From Vicugna vicugna (Eukaryota): 64,000 nt of DNA. This document shows, piece by piece, positions 1 through 12,230 of this stretch (the stretch's first letter is position 1; each line of letters opens with the position of its first letter). The notes below the pieces were generated by a model, which was not told where the DNA came from, did not search any database, and was given only the letters and a program-made list of their open reading frames with translations. Location of the stretch: NCBI GenBank assembly GCA_013265495.1, contig MU058221.1, positions 1,550,001-1,614,000 of the forward strand, in the 5' to 3' direction. The position numbers were made by a program, and so were the translations under genes.

Positions 1-1919
1 ACATATTTAAATGACACGCACTATATAGAGGAAGAACTTGCAGATGTGATGAGGACAAGCATTTTTGAAAAAGCCATATATTTTAAGGATAGTTCATTTG
101 AAAAATTATTTTTTAAAATGTACAGCATTTAAGTGGTGATTATTTTGTGAAGGGTGAAAAGAGCAATCTCACTGCGGCATTTGCTTTTAGTGTCATCACC
201 TTTGTTCATTAGCTGTGTGACCGAAAATACAAAGGTAACAGCAAAAAAATTGGCTTCTATCCCAGCTTTACAAGTTCATTTTCTCAGGGAGGGACAAAAA
301 CAAGATGCGCTTTGAAAAGTTATGTTATTAAAATTGAGGACATCCTAAAAGGAAAGGGTATAAATACTAAAAAGTAGCTTCAATAAATTATTGTATCCTT
401 TTATTTGGCAAAATTTATCATATTCAAAAAGTGCTTTTATAATTATTAAGAACAATTTTAAAACAGTTACTTTTTTTTTAAGTCCTATTAGGTGCTCAGA
501 ACTCTTCCAGGTTATGCATCGCATTCACTGCTGACAACTACTTTTATGATGTTGATATACCATCACCATTTAAAGAAAAAAATAATCTTCATTCATTCAC
601 AGAACAGTTATGGCTCCCCAAATTGGCACATGACTTGCCTAACAACACTCTGCACGCCAACAGTTTGAACTGACATCTAAACCCCTTTTTGCCTTTAAAG
701 CACACACTCTTTCACACCATATCTGTCTCACAAAGATATTGAAAGTTAAATGCAACTGATAAATTCTTGTGCATTCAAAATGATTGTCCTTCTCATTTTT
801 TAAATTAACATCACCGTTACCTTTATCATTATATGTTAATTGTAGAACATTTAGAAAATTACAGAAAAGTAAATGTGAAAAAGTAACGTTAAATACAATC
901 TTAGCACCTAGAGCAATTTCACTGCTATCCTGCCAGCTCTGAGTCTGTGAATTTACGTGGGGGACACTATGCTGCAGTGCCACCGTGGGCCTGAGTCTGT
1001 TGGACAGGCTTTACGTGTTGAGAATACTTTACTCATCAGTTCTCATGGCTCTAATGTTAGGCAGTTAGATAACTAGGGGCACCAGCCAGATAAGGTGGAA
1101 GAGGGGGAGGAGGTCCAGAAGATGGCAATATGCTTGCCTACAGCATAAGGGGCTTTACTTCCTCGAAATGAGGGCCAGCAGGAGCTTAGAAGCTGATGGC
1201 TGTGATTGCACGGTAGCGAGAAGGATCTAAACAAACATGACCCAAGGCTCATTGTAATATAATTAGCATTGTGGTTTAGCCCCACCCCCATTGGCTTTTC
1301 TGTGTGCATCATGGGTAAGGACATGTGCAAAGAGGGAGGGCATGACTTAGCTCTCCAGGGGCAAGAGCCGTCAATCAAGCAAGCAACCACCTCTAAGGGA
1401 GGGCATAAGAGCAGAGACAAAGACCAGTACTGCTTTCCTACCTTGGATCAACCCACCTTCCCCAAGACAAGAACCGAATCGTAGCTTTTTCCCTTTCCCT
1501 TTTGGGGTAACACTGTTATTATTCCCAACTTACAGATGAGAAAAATCATGTACTTTCCAGTTTTATCTTGTAAACTGCCCCCAGACTTGGATTCCACAAT
1601 TTCTCCCCAGTGGCTCTTGTTTCCTCTTAGTGGGAAGTGGTACTTGGAGATCTTAATCTGCACATTAAAAGTATTTGATTGTAGATCTTTTCAATGAACA
1701 ACACTGGGGAATAATTTTGTACAGACGAATATATCATGAACTCATATACTGATATTTTCGATTCGAATGTATCCTCCACAACATGTGAATAACAAACCAG
1801 CAAAATAACAAAACCAACAAAACAGAATATGATGTTTTGTTTTCTCAGTTCTTTTTATTGTTGGAATTTCCCACAATAACATATAGTCAAAATGTTTGTT
1901 TTAAAAGTGGATTGAAATA

Positions 1920-2085
1920 AGAAGTTCATGCTGTATAGCACAGGGAATATATTTGGTATCTTGTAGTAACCTATGGTGAAAAAGAATATATGTATATTCA
2001 TGTATGAATAAAGCATTGTTCTGTACACCAGAAATTGATACAACATTGTAAACTGACTATACTTCAATAAAAATATACATATACA
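1920..2085 (+). mobile_element. 5'-truncated L1 3' end with 17-bp TSD
   Basis: L1 3'UTR (ctgtatagcacagggaa...aacattgtaaactgactatacttcaataaaa). TSD aaaagtggattgaaata at 1903-1919 and 2086-2102; tt|aaaa endonuclease site. Confidence 0.92.
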
Positions 2086-2284
2086 AAAAGTGGATTGAAA
2101 TATTTTCTCTCTGCTCATTTTGCTAACAACATACATAGTAGGTCTTTATTTTTAATTTCACTTTTGAAAATTAAGACATTTTTTCTTCAGTATAAATTTG
2201 TTTTCTAATTAAACTACCTTCTATTTCTGACTGTTTCACTCTCCTTTTTTTCCCTTCTTTCATAAGTAAATATTTTAATAGTTA

Positions 2285-2821
2285 TGTTACTGAAGTCAGG
2301 TGTAGCTGCTTGCAGCTCAAAAATCAATACTCAAAAGAGGCAAATGTTGGTAGACAGGAAAGTTGCTTTTAATCAGAATGCCAGCTACCTGGGGAGAAGG
2401 CGGACTCACGTGCCGCAAATACCAACTCTGAGGATTCTGCTCAGACACGGAAGCCTTAAAGGGAAAAGGGAAGCAATCTCAGCTAATCACTGAGATGGAG
2501 ACCAAACTCATAGCCATCTCTCACTGTGTGCAGGGCTCTTCATGGTGGTCTGTCTTTAGCTACCAGTTTGTTCACAAAGTTTGTTCATGAGATTACAGAA
2601 AAGGAAGCTACGGGAGAGATCTGGCCATCTGTTAAGTACCTGCTCTTGATTCCTGCTTCTTTGATCTGCAGAAAGAACCAACCGATCAGGCAAGGTGTGT
2701 GTTCAGAAGGCTGGAAAAGTGTGCTTGTGCCTGAGGTGAGGAGAGCATGGGGCTGCCTGATTTGAAAGTTTGTTACAGTGTAGCTTTGTTAAAGGGACAA
2801 GGGGAAAGGGGTCTCCTTACA
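2285..2821 (-). mobile_element. ERV1-type solo LTR
   Basis: TG...CA termini (tgttactg...ccttaca), near-TSD gtta/atta, minus-strand ATTAAA signal (gcttttaat at about 2364). Confidence 0.75.
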
Positions 2822-2899
2822 ATTATATAAGTTATACTTCCACTTACATAGATATAATCAAATACATCAATATACTCAGATTTCCCTATTCTTAAAAAA

Positions 2900-4130
2900 C
2901 AATAGCATACCATAATACTTTCCTCTACTCTTCTTTAATTTAAAATATTTTAGGTGCTATTCCATCAAAATATGTAGAAAAATACCCTTTTCTTTTCATA
3001 GCTGCATTGTATGTCATTTAGTTTTTGTGTAATACCTTATTCAATCAGCCTTTTATTGATGAATGCTTGGGTTGCTTCCAGTTTTTGCTGTTACAAACAG
3101 CACATCTGTCTTTTTCATATTTTAACCAGTGTCATTGGAATGGACTCTTAGAAGTAAAATCACTAATCAAAGTGTAATTGCCTATGTAATTTTGCTGGAT
3201 ATTGCCAAATTCCCCTCCGAGAGGTTGCACCAGTATGCATCCCTGCCAGCAATTATGAGAGTGCCTATTTCCCCATAGCCTTGCCAGTAGAGCATGTTGT
3301 CAAATTTTTGAATTCTTGCCCACTTAATAAGTGAAAAATGTTATTCCCCTATAATTTTACTTTGCATTTTTCTTATCATGTGCCAGGGTGATCATTTTAT
3401 CCTGTGGTTAATCGCTATTTGCATTTCCTTTTCTGTGCTCTATCTGTCCATATTTCTAACTAAATTTCTTCTAAGAGGTTGTTGTTTTTTCTCCCCTCTT
3501 GGAAGAAGTTCTTTGTATATTAGGAGTGTAAAACTTTGAGTGTAATATGAATTGAAATGTTCTTCTCACTACATAATCTTCCTTTTATTCTGATTATATA
3601 TTGTATTTATATATTATACAATATATTTAAAATGGTAACTATAACCATAACTACATATATAATACCATGACAATTTTTTTTTATTTTCATAGTCATATTT
3701 ACTTATGATTTTTCTTATATCCACCTGGATTTAGAATAATGGTCAGCAAAGTTATTCCCACTCCAGCTTAAGAGACATTATTGCATATGTCTTATAATAA
3801 ATACTTTGGTATTTGGCATCATTTGTTACATTTAAATATGTAATCCACTTGGAATCTGTAGTGATATAGTCTGTACTAACCAGATCCAATTTTATCTTTT
3901 CATTGTATGCCTGCTTAGTGAAAAGTTTCTTTCCATCACTAATTTGAGATTTCATCTTTATAATTTAATCAACTTGCATATATAGTTAGATCTCTTTCCA
4001 TATGTTCTATTCTGAGTATATGTCTATACTAATTTTATAAGCTTCACAGTGTAATGTAATACACAACAAGTCTAGACACCTCTCCTTTCTTTCTTCTTTT
4101 GTTCTGGGGGTTTTCTTGTCCGTTCTTTTT
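2900..4130 (-). mobile_element. Ancient L1 (L1M/L1ME-like) ORF2 3' region, decayed
   Basis: Antisense L1 motifs (ggttgcttccagtttttgct, attgccaaattcccctcc...ggttgcaccag...gagagtgcctatttcccc). Confidence 0.75.
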
Positions 4131-4200
4131 ATAAAAAATAACTAACATGTTGACCTTCATGCAAATACATTTTATAAGTTTTTTATGAAATTTTTAATAT

Positions 4201-4596
4201 TGTTAAAAAATAAAATCCAACTGAATACGTTTGAAAATCTAATTGACTTTACTGAGAAATCCATGAATTGGGGAGCATCTCATGGAGCAAGTAGCTAGAT
4301 GGTCCAAGTTTTACAAAATAGAAGGCTTTCATAGGCAGGACGTGGGTGGGGCCCATAAACTATTAGCAAAAGCAAAGAAAGAACCCTTCAAGGCCGAGTC
4401 ATCTTCTTTTAGGGGCAAGGGAACAGCAGGGGTCGTTTATGCAGATTACCTCACTGATGCTAATCAGGAAATTTCAGATTGCCTGTTGAAAGTTCATATT
4501 TCTAGAAGAGACTGAAGCTGCAAGTCTTGTTTTATTGTCCTGGGGACAAATGACTCCACTTGGGACTTGTTTTTCTTTCTTTTTTTTTTTTTAACA
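4201..4596 (-). mobile_element. ERV1-type solo LTR with 4-bp TSD
   Basis: tgttaaaa...ttttaaca inverted termini; TSD atat at 4197-4200 and 4597-4600. Confidence 0.8.
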
Positions 4597-4915
4597 ATAT
4601 ATTTTAAGCTAGTTTAATGCATGGAAGTTTTAAAAATTTGTTGGAGTCAAATACATATTTAGTTTTCACATGTGGAATCATGCTTAGAAAGACCTGGACC
4701 GTTTAAAGTATAAATAATCACACCTGAATCTACTTTGTGCTTTAAAAAAAAATTCTTACACTTCAAAATATGAAAGGATAAAGAAAGTGTCAAGTTTTCA
4801 TTTCCCCCAAAAGATGTCTTTCGGCTCACTATCATTTACTATTCTAAAACAAAAGAGTTTACGTTAATTTAAAATGTCAAGATTACTTCCTCCTACATTT
4901 TTGAAGACACTGGAA

Positions 4916-5520
4916 ACTATGAAGTTTGAGAGGATTTCCCCGGTAGGAATATTTTGTTTCCAAAAGTACTTTAACCACAGAACGTTGGTCTGAAAAGAAA
5001 GGCTTCGGTGCAGTGTGAAAACACACAGGCCGTGAATAAAACATGTTTATAGCTATGAGATAAGAAATTTGTATAAAGTCCAATCGTCAGGCTTCCAATG
5101 GTCCATCGGATGGTCTGAAACGTCTGCAGGCAGTACAAACAGGCATCCCCAGTTCGGACCCGGGACAAGTGGGACTGGTAAGATTGGCACTTTCTGTGGC
5201 CTTGTCGGTGTTTCCCCACCAACACTGGTTCAAGAACGCTACTGTCTTGTCAGTAAACCAGGGGCTTAATGCTTGTACAGAGGTGAGGACTGGGAATTTT
5301 AGTCTCCAGTGAAACTGGGCTGTTTGGTCCAAATCAGAGTTTTCTCCTTCTATCAAACGAACCATAACTGAACTTCCAATCTTGTTGTCCCTGGTCTGAG
5401 GCCAATTATTGACATTCTCTAGCCAGTTTCTCAAAATCATTATGTTGGGGAGATAACCTTTTGGGCCTTGGCAGAGTTTGACTGCAGTTGGCCCCTTTAA
5501 GGACAGAATTCCATGCAGTG
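4916..5520 (-). pseudogene. pol: Decayed ERV1 (MER4-group-like) pol fragment: RNase H tail/linker plus integrase N-terminal half
   Basis: Minus-strand frames join into a class-I integrase: KFPVLTSVQALSPWFTDKTVAFLNQCWWGN...SPTCP (degenerate HHCC), GPLEA*RLDFIQ, YKHVLFTACVFSHCTEAF, SVVKVLLE..RGNPLKLHS. Contains stops and frameshifts. Confidence 0.85.
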
Positions 5521-5574
5521 TTCCTCACACACTCAGCAGAGGGCCTCAGTTTTAGGGGGGCTGGGATTCAGACC

Positions 5575-5860
5575 TAGCTTATGAACTAGTTGGCTTAAGT
5601 CAGAGAAAGCAGATGGATAAGTTTGAGTGAGTATATGAAACTCCTCAGCAAGCCTGTGAGGCTCTTCAGTTACTTTGGGGAATCTCTGATGATGGCTCGT
5701 TGTTCCGTTTTACTCCAGGGAGTGCAGGCAATGGAATTTAACCTCTGGGCTTGACTTTAAAGGGGAGGTTCTGACAAATCCAGAGGGAAAAGGAGTGGAG
5801 ACAGTTTTAGAGAAAAAAGAAAGTTCCGTGAGATAATTTGTATGAAGGAACTGAGGGTAT
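5575..5860 (-). pseudogene. gag: Decayed ERV1 gag fragment (capsid N-terminus)
   Basis: Minus strand reads TPWSKTEQRAIIRD, then a frameshift, then PKVTEEPHRLAEEFHILTQTYPSAFSDLSQLVHKL, typical of class-I ERV capsid. The proline-rich upstream part continues at about 6335-6400. Confidence 0.8.
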
Positions 5861-6334
5861 CATCAATTGAAAAATAAATAAATAGAAGCATGGCATGAGA
5901 GTTATGAGTTAAGTTTTATTTGGGGCCAAATGAGGACTATAGCCCAGGAGACAGCCTATCGGAGAGCGCCAAGGAGTGGCTCGGAAGAGGTGAGGGGGGA
6001 GGTCGGGATTAATACATGACCTTGGTGATGGGAAACACCAGGCTCACCGCCAGTCGCGAGAAGGCTGCTGCTGGTCACGAGGAGCAGACGTCACTGTTAA
6101 TGATTTTAGTGCTTTTCTAGATGTGAGGAGATGCAAGAATTGGGGTCATAAAATCTCCTGAAAATATCTAACTACCCGAAGGCCCGTTCTGCACATCTTT
6201 CCCAGAGCACGGAGCCCGTCATACCTGAGCCCCACCCTGAGCTCCTTTCAGGGGGTGTTTTAAGTCAGCGACTGGGGTGGTTAGTGACTCCCTCCTTGTA
6301 GAACCAGATGGCGAAGGACAAATTTTAGTTGTCA
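5861..6334 (-). mobile_element. ERV1-type solo LTR nested in the ERV gag relic
   Basis: Ends ...ttttagttgtca; near-TSD gtat/gtag; minus-strand AATAAA (ttttatt at about 5914); gag-like sequence on both sides. Confidence 0.75.
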
Positions 6335-6498
6335 GTAGGAAGGAGATATAGGCTGCCGAGAAGGAAAGGAGAATATGCTGCCAGGGGAGGAGTCTGGCCA
6401 TGAGCATGCAGGGGAGAGAGACATACTGACACTGGAGACAGAGCCTGACACCGATGAGCTAAGGGGCGAGAACCTGGGGCTTTGAGAACCACGTCAGC

Positions 6499-6811
6499 TT
6501 TTTTTTTTTTTTTTTTTAATAGAGTATTCTTTTAGAGCAGTTTCATATTCACAACAGAACCAAGCAGAAAATACAGAGTTTGCACATAGCCCTCCCCACC
6601 CACACACATACACTCCCCTACCCTCAGCATCCCTCATCAGTGGGGCACATTTGGTACCATTGATGAACCAACATGGGCACATTATTACCAACCAAAGTCG
6701 ATAGTTTACATTAGGGTTCACTCTTGATGTTGTACATTCTATGGGTTTTGACAAATGCATAATGACATGCAGCCAACACTGTAGTATTCTACAGAATAAT
6801 TTCATCGCCCT
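6499..6811 (-). mobile_element. L1MC-like 3' end with poly(A) (poly-T on plus strand)
   Basis: T-run followed by L1MC 3'UTR motifs (gtttacattagggttcactcttg, ctatgggttttgacaaatg). Confidence 0.85.
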
Positions 6812-7653
6812 TTATTGTTTTTAATTATTTATTCGACTCAGTTAATCTTAAAATCTTGTTTGGCAGAGAGGCAATTTTAGACTCTTGATAGAGTTAGGAA
6901 GTCTCAAAATACCAATCAAAATAGGCATTACACTCAGTCCTGGAAATTAATGCACTATTGTAATCTGATTGAATTTTGTTTTAATAAATTTGGGGATTTC
7001 ATAAGTTCTCTAATGGGAACTTTTGAACGAGGTCATAATGAACAAAAGGTTGCCTCAGCTGGGGGTACCATAAGCAAAAGGCTGCATTTGGATGGAGGTC
7101 TTAATGATCGAAAGGTTACATTCGGATGGTGGGGATTCCTGTCCTGTCCCACCCTTCTGCCTCCAGGACACTTACCGGCCCAGAAGGTTTTCTTTTTTTT
7201 TTTTAATCACTCCAGAGGATCCTGTTTTTCTTGGTCTGTCCAAGAACCCCCGTTGTTCACAAGATGTATGGTTTTCTGCCATTGGCCCATGTCCCCCTTT
7301 CTCTGCCTGCTCTAACATCTACATTATCCCACTTCATAGAAAAATACCTAAGTGGTGGGCAGAGACAGGGCTCGCGCTTTCTCATATTTTTTCCCAAATA
7401 ATTTCTAATTCAGGTAATAAAGCCAGGTAGTACCAAAAGCAGAAGAATAAATGAGCTTTATTCTTAATTATGCGTCGTAATTAGCAGCAATTATTTTACC
7501 TGTGTTTCCCCTCAAATCTGTTTTGTTTTCTTCATTCAGTCATCCTGAAAATCCAGTGTGAGTTTGATGGAATGCCCCTGGTGATCACTGGGCACATACA
7601 GTTTGAATGCAGAAATCAGCAATTAATTCTTATGTACAGAAAGCAATGATTAT

Positions 7654-8855
7654 AAAACTGCCATATTCTGAAATGTGCATAGTGCATTTTATATCAAGAA
7701 TAAAACTTACAGTTCTTAAATCTTTAATAGTAAGAAAAATATTTGCCTTTAAAAACAGTCACTATTTCTATTATTTCTACCACCTACGTTACTGCGGTCC
7801 AAAGTTTTCATTCAAATTGTGCAAATTATTTGAATTGTCAGTAGATAGATAACATGACCTTAATTAAACCATTGGCCAATGCTTCTTCCTATGAACTAGA
7901 TTCAGTTTATTCAGTGACTTTTTTAAAAACACAGAGTAAAACTCCATTTGAAGTTCTGATTTGATGTCAGTGGTTAAATTTTTCTTTTCACCCTGAAAAT
8001 GATGGTAGCAATCTTCAAGTGTTCATGAGTGTAAATTTCACTTATCTGTGGCTCAGTAACTCTGGTTTCAGTTTCCTACCCAAAGCTACAACAAAATTAC
8101 TTTGAAGAGCACCATATAAGTAAATTAAGCCATCAAGTCATCAAGCTGGGAAAGTCACACCCAGGAGGGTACTTCAATGCTTCCAGCAGCCACTTTGGGG
8201 CTCCAACAAGAATTTCCGAGAGCTGAAAACACTCTCAGCTTCAGAGACTTCATGGAACATAAACCTTTACTTCAAAAATAAACTTTGTATTTTGAAAACA
8301 AACCATTTATTGTGTGTATAAAGGTCCCTGAGTTTTGTTAGGAAACAGTTTAATGATTCCAGTGGATAAAAATGCTGCAGAGCCATGATTACAAATATAA
8401 CCTTTACTTTAAGTGCAGAAGCAATTCAGCCCCTTGGTTTTAGTGCTGTGTTGCTTTGCTGGTCACACAGAACACCCAGCTGGGTGCGAAACAATATCCG
8501 GATCTTGATTTTTTAAATTTTATATTTTTCACAGATTTTTACCTCTTAGAGTGTAGCTCTTTCTCTCACAAATACAGAAAGATTTACGGAATAAGAACAT
8601 ATGTGCTGGAAGTGTCAAATTTTAGACAAGTCACTTTATGTAACAGTCATGGCTGTTTTAGGATAAACTTGTAAATAGCACTTAAAAGCAATTTACTCTG
8701 CAGAAAACTGCCATATTCTGAAATGTACACAGTGCATTTTATATCAAGAATAAAACTTACATTTCTTACATCTTTAATAGTAAAAAAAAATTTCCCTTTA
8801 AAAACAGTCATGTTTCTATTATTTCTACCACTTAAGTTACTGTGGTCCAAAGTTT
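7654..8855 (+). repeat. Dispersed direct repeat, two ~153-bp copies (7654-7807 and 8704-8855)
   Basis: aaaactgccatattctgaaatg...ggtccaaagttt occurs twice with about 12 differences by hand alignment. Confidence 0.95.
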
Positions 8856-9224
8856 ACCATTTTTAACGATGTGGAGGACTATATAAAAACTTTGTTAAGT
8901 TTATGTTTAAGTTAAGTATAAGTTTTCTTTAATCACCAAAATAGTGGTACACTGTATAGATATTAACATTCTAAATTAATGCTTATATTTGAGTAAAAAT
9001 ATTTGAAAACACAGTTCAATAATGTTTCTAGGCACTCCTACATTTATTTTCCAAAGCATTAATACAGGAGTAATAGATAAATTGTTGAGGATAAATAAGT
9101 AATCACACTTAGAACAGAAATGTTGATACTGGCTCACTCTTCTTTGCTAAATAATCAGTGCTGAACATTGACTTTTTGAGAAGCTTTATAATATAAAGCT
9201 TAACTCCATACACATAGATTATAG

Positions 9225-9480
9225 CGGATCCCCATCCCCTGCCTCTTGCTTGTAGAAAAGCTGAGGTCTCCCAGGGCTCCCTGAGTCTCAAAAGAGCAGG
9301 TTCAAACAGCCAAAGATCAGGAAAACAGAGTCACAGACTCAGTGTCTGATGCACAGCCCTGGGCTGCTCTGCAGACGCTGTAACCACCACCGGAGGGGAA
9401 AAGCTGACTGCGCGGTGGCCAGACGGCAGCCCGGACATCAGCTGCTCCATCTTGAGCGGTGCGGAGTCTGTGGCTAACAC
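9225..9480 (+). mobile_element. ERV1-like LTR fragment
   Basis: cctcttgcttgtagaaaagctg...ccctgagtc and ctccatcttg resemble artiodactyl ERV1 LTR U3 sequence; termini not clear. Confidence 0.5.
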
Positions 9481-9721
9481 GGTCCCAAGGACAGGACTTA
9501 AGGGAATGAGGTTAACACTATTGCCCATAATAACCTGTATCTCTGTGGGCATCAAAATACCTGTAGCTTGTTCTGCCCATATATGTAGGAGGGCAACAAA
9601 ATTTTTCAGCAAAGATTCACTACAGAGCCATGTTGATATTTTTCACCCTAAGACCTTGTCACCTTTTCCCAGCATGAAACAGTTACAGAAGGTGGATTTT
9701 TGCCCATAATCCCATAGAAAT

Positions 9722-9836
9722 GGAAAGAAAAAGAAAGAAAGAAGGAAGGAAGGAAGGGAGGAAGGAAGGAAGGAAGGAAGGAAGGGAGGAAAGAAAGAAA
9801 GAAAGGAGAGAAAGAAAGAAAGAAAGACAGACAGAC
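9722..9836 (+). repeat. Compound purine microsatellite (GAAA)n/(GGAA)n/(GACA)n
   Basis: Directly visible tandem tetranucleotides. Confidence 0.97.
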
Positions 9837-9847
9837 ATAGATATCCC

Positions 9848-10199
9848 ATTTTTAATCCATTTATCTGTCAACAGACATGTAATTTCTATTTCTTAACTAT
9901 TAGAAATAATGTTGCAATAAATATGGGAATACAGATAGCTCTTAAAGATAGTGATTTTAGTTCCTTTGGATGTATCCCCAGGAGTGGAATTGCTGGATCA
10001 TACGGTAGTTCTATTTTTAAATTCTCGAGGATCCTCTATAGTGTTCTCCGCAATGATTGGATCAATTCACAGTCCCACTAACCGTGTACAAGGGTCCCCT
10101 TTCCTCACTCACGTCCACGCCAACATTTGTTAGTGCTTGTGCTTTTGATAATAGTCACTCTAGCAGGTACGAGGTGATATCTAAGTGTGGCTTGGATTT
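9848..10199 (-). mobile_element. L1 (L1MA/MB-like) ORF2 3' fragment
   Basis: ggagtggaattgctggatcatacggtagttctatttttaa and adjacent antisense L1 motifs. Confidence 0.85.
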
Positions 10200-10200
10200 G

Positions 10201-10934
10201 TGTAATCTGAAGAAGTCTTTAATCAAGCATTTTACTAAGGGAAAGAAGCTAGAATTAAAGTCGGAACTAAATGCCACTGAAAGAAAAGACTTGAGAGTTT
10301 GTAGGAGCTGGGGTGAGTAACATGACCTGTATTTACTAATGATCTTACTCAAGGAACCGGGGAAAAGTAAATATCCCCCTGCCTCAGGACAGAAGGTATT
10401 TTTAAAGCGCGGAGCGAAACACCACCAAAGCTGGGCTCCTGCTCTCCCACCAAGAGCAGAAGGCAGGGCTTTGCCTTCCTTGAGGATTAGATGTCCAAGA
10501 AATGGTTCTCAGGTCTTTGAGAAAGACGCTCCTAGTTTGTAAAACTGGCAAGAGTCTTTCTGCTTTTGTTTTTGGAGTTATGAGGATATTTATATATTTA
10601 TTCACTTAAAATTATATTCATTGCATTTACATAACATGGTGATTCAATATTTTATAAGAGAAAATTATTTGAAATTTCCATTTCAAATTATTACAAAAAT
10701 GGCTGTTTTTCCTGGGCTGCACAATTTCTTACTAATTCTTATTATTACTGTTTACCTATTTTATACACAGTAGTTTGTGAGAATCTTGTTTAAAGATTTA
10801 CATCTCAAAGGGACAGAGGAAGAATTCACAAGTTTTCCAAAGTAAATGTTCTAAGAAAAGGGGAGCCTGGTGTGCAGAGTTAGGAGGAAGTCTGCTTAAT
10901 CAAGATGAAGGGAACATTAATGCCATTTTGGTCA
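10201..10934 (-). mobile_element. MER31/MER67-like ERV1 LTR interrupted by an L1 3' fragment (about 10560-10778)
   Basis: aagatttacatctcaaagggacagag...gggaacattaatgccattttggtca; homologous to 62610-63164; near-TSD agagtctt/agaatctt around the L1 insert. Confidence 0.7.
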
Positions 10935-11081
10935 GTGAATTCTCTCTTTAAAGCTAATGAATATTTACTAATAAGAAGCTAAGTCACACTTCAAATATAC
11001 TCTATGAATTATATAACTAAATGTTACTTTGAAAGGTGTCAGAATTATTTTAACTCTACCTAAAAAGTCTTTGCTGAATTA

Positions 11082-11597
11082 TTTTTTTTCCTCTGTGATT
11101 TATCATAACATTTTGTGTATATTTCCCTGTGCTATACAGTGTAATCTTGTTTATCTATTCTACAATTTTGAAATCCCAGTCTATCCCTTCCCACCCTCTA
11201 AGACCCTGGTAACCACAAGTCTGTATTCTCTGTCCGTGAGTCTATTTCTGTCCTGTATTTATGCTTTGTTTTTGTTTGTTTGTTTGTTTTTGCTTTTTAG
11301 ATTCCACATATGAGCGATCTCATATGGTATTTTTCTTTCTTTCTGGCTTACTTCACTTAGAATGACATTCTCTAGGAGCATCCATGTTGCTGCAAATGGC
11401 ATTATGTTGTCGGTTTTTATGGCTGAGTAGTATTCCATGGTATAAATATACCACATCTTCTTTATCCAGTCACCTGTTGATGGACATTTAGGTTGTTTCC
11501 ATGTTTTGGCTATTGTAAATAGTGCTGCTATGAACATTGGGGTGCAGGTGTCATCCTGAAGTAGATTTCCTTCTGGGTACAAGCCCAGGAGTGGGAT
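11082..11597 (-). mobile_element. Young camelid-type L1 fragment with ORF2 C-terminus
   Basis: ORF 11259-11582 encodes TCTPMFIAALFTIAKTWKQPKCPS...WIKKMWYIYTMEYYSAIK, the L1 ORF2 C-terminus; 3'UTR nearly identical to 22450-22736. Confidence 0.95.
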
Positions 11598-11725
11598 TAT
11601 TTAAGATGTTATAAAAGAGGAAAGCAAGTAACTGTCCATTAGCGGGAAAATAGATCATCAAACTGTGACGCAATCACACTATGGCGCATTAAGTAGCTGT
11701 TGAAATAAACATAATAGGTGTATAC

Positions 11726-12230
11726 TGAAGGCATTCGGAATGAGCCTCCCCAAAATGTGCCACCTTGGTATAACACTCTTTCGAGCTAAAGGCAAACGAG
11801 ACCCAGTAGAGTCAAAATCAAAAACGAAAACACATCTTGAACCTCTCCCTTAACTACCTAAAAGAATTTAGGTTGGGGGCCTGGCCCAGAAAGAGAGCTA
11901 TTACCAACAGACAGCTTTTCATCTGAATGACCCACCTATACGGCAGGCCACACGCCTAATCACCAAACACCTGCTCTTCTTATCCTCCTGGCATCAGCCT
12001 CCTCCCGTCGGAAGCCCCAAGTGGCCATCCCGTTCCTCAGCTCAAGACGGTCTGTGAGGCTCAGCGGTCAGCCTTGCCCTTGGGTCTCGTTGTCTCTGGG
12101 GGGCCCCCACACATGCATAATTAAGTGTGTGTGTGTTTTCCTCTCTCTTTCTAATCTGTGCTGTGTTGGTTTCATTACTAGACCAGTCAAAGAACCTAGA
12201 AGGGTCCAGGAGAACGTGTCCTCCCCTCCA
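11726..12230 (+). mobile_element. MER34/MER39-like ERV1 solo LTR
   Basis: 5' ccccaaaatgtgcc...gagctaaaggcaa; 3' aaagaacctagaagggt...ctcccctcca; near-TSD atac/atag. Confidence 0.75.

Noticed and set aside
1020..1480. LTR-like stretch (aatataattagcattgtggtttagccccaccc)
   Set aside because: No termini or TSD identifiable and family not recognised with confidence.
5087..5440. Possible co-opted retroviral integrase gene
   Set aside because: HHCC residues are mutated, an in-frame stop precedes the catalytic D, and frameshifts and truncation follow.
11259..11582. 107-aa ORF with strong protein similarity
   Set aside because: C-terminus of L1 ORF2 in a truncated copy, not a host gene.
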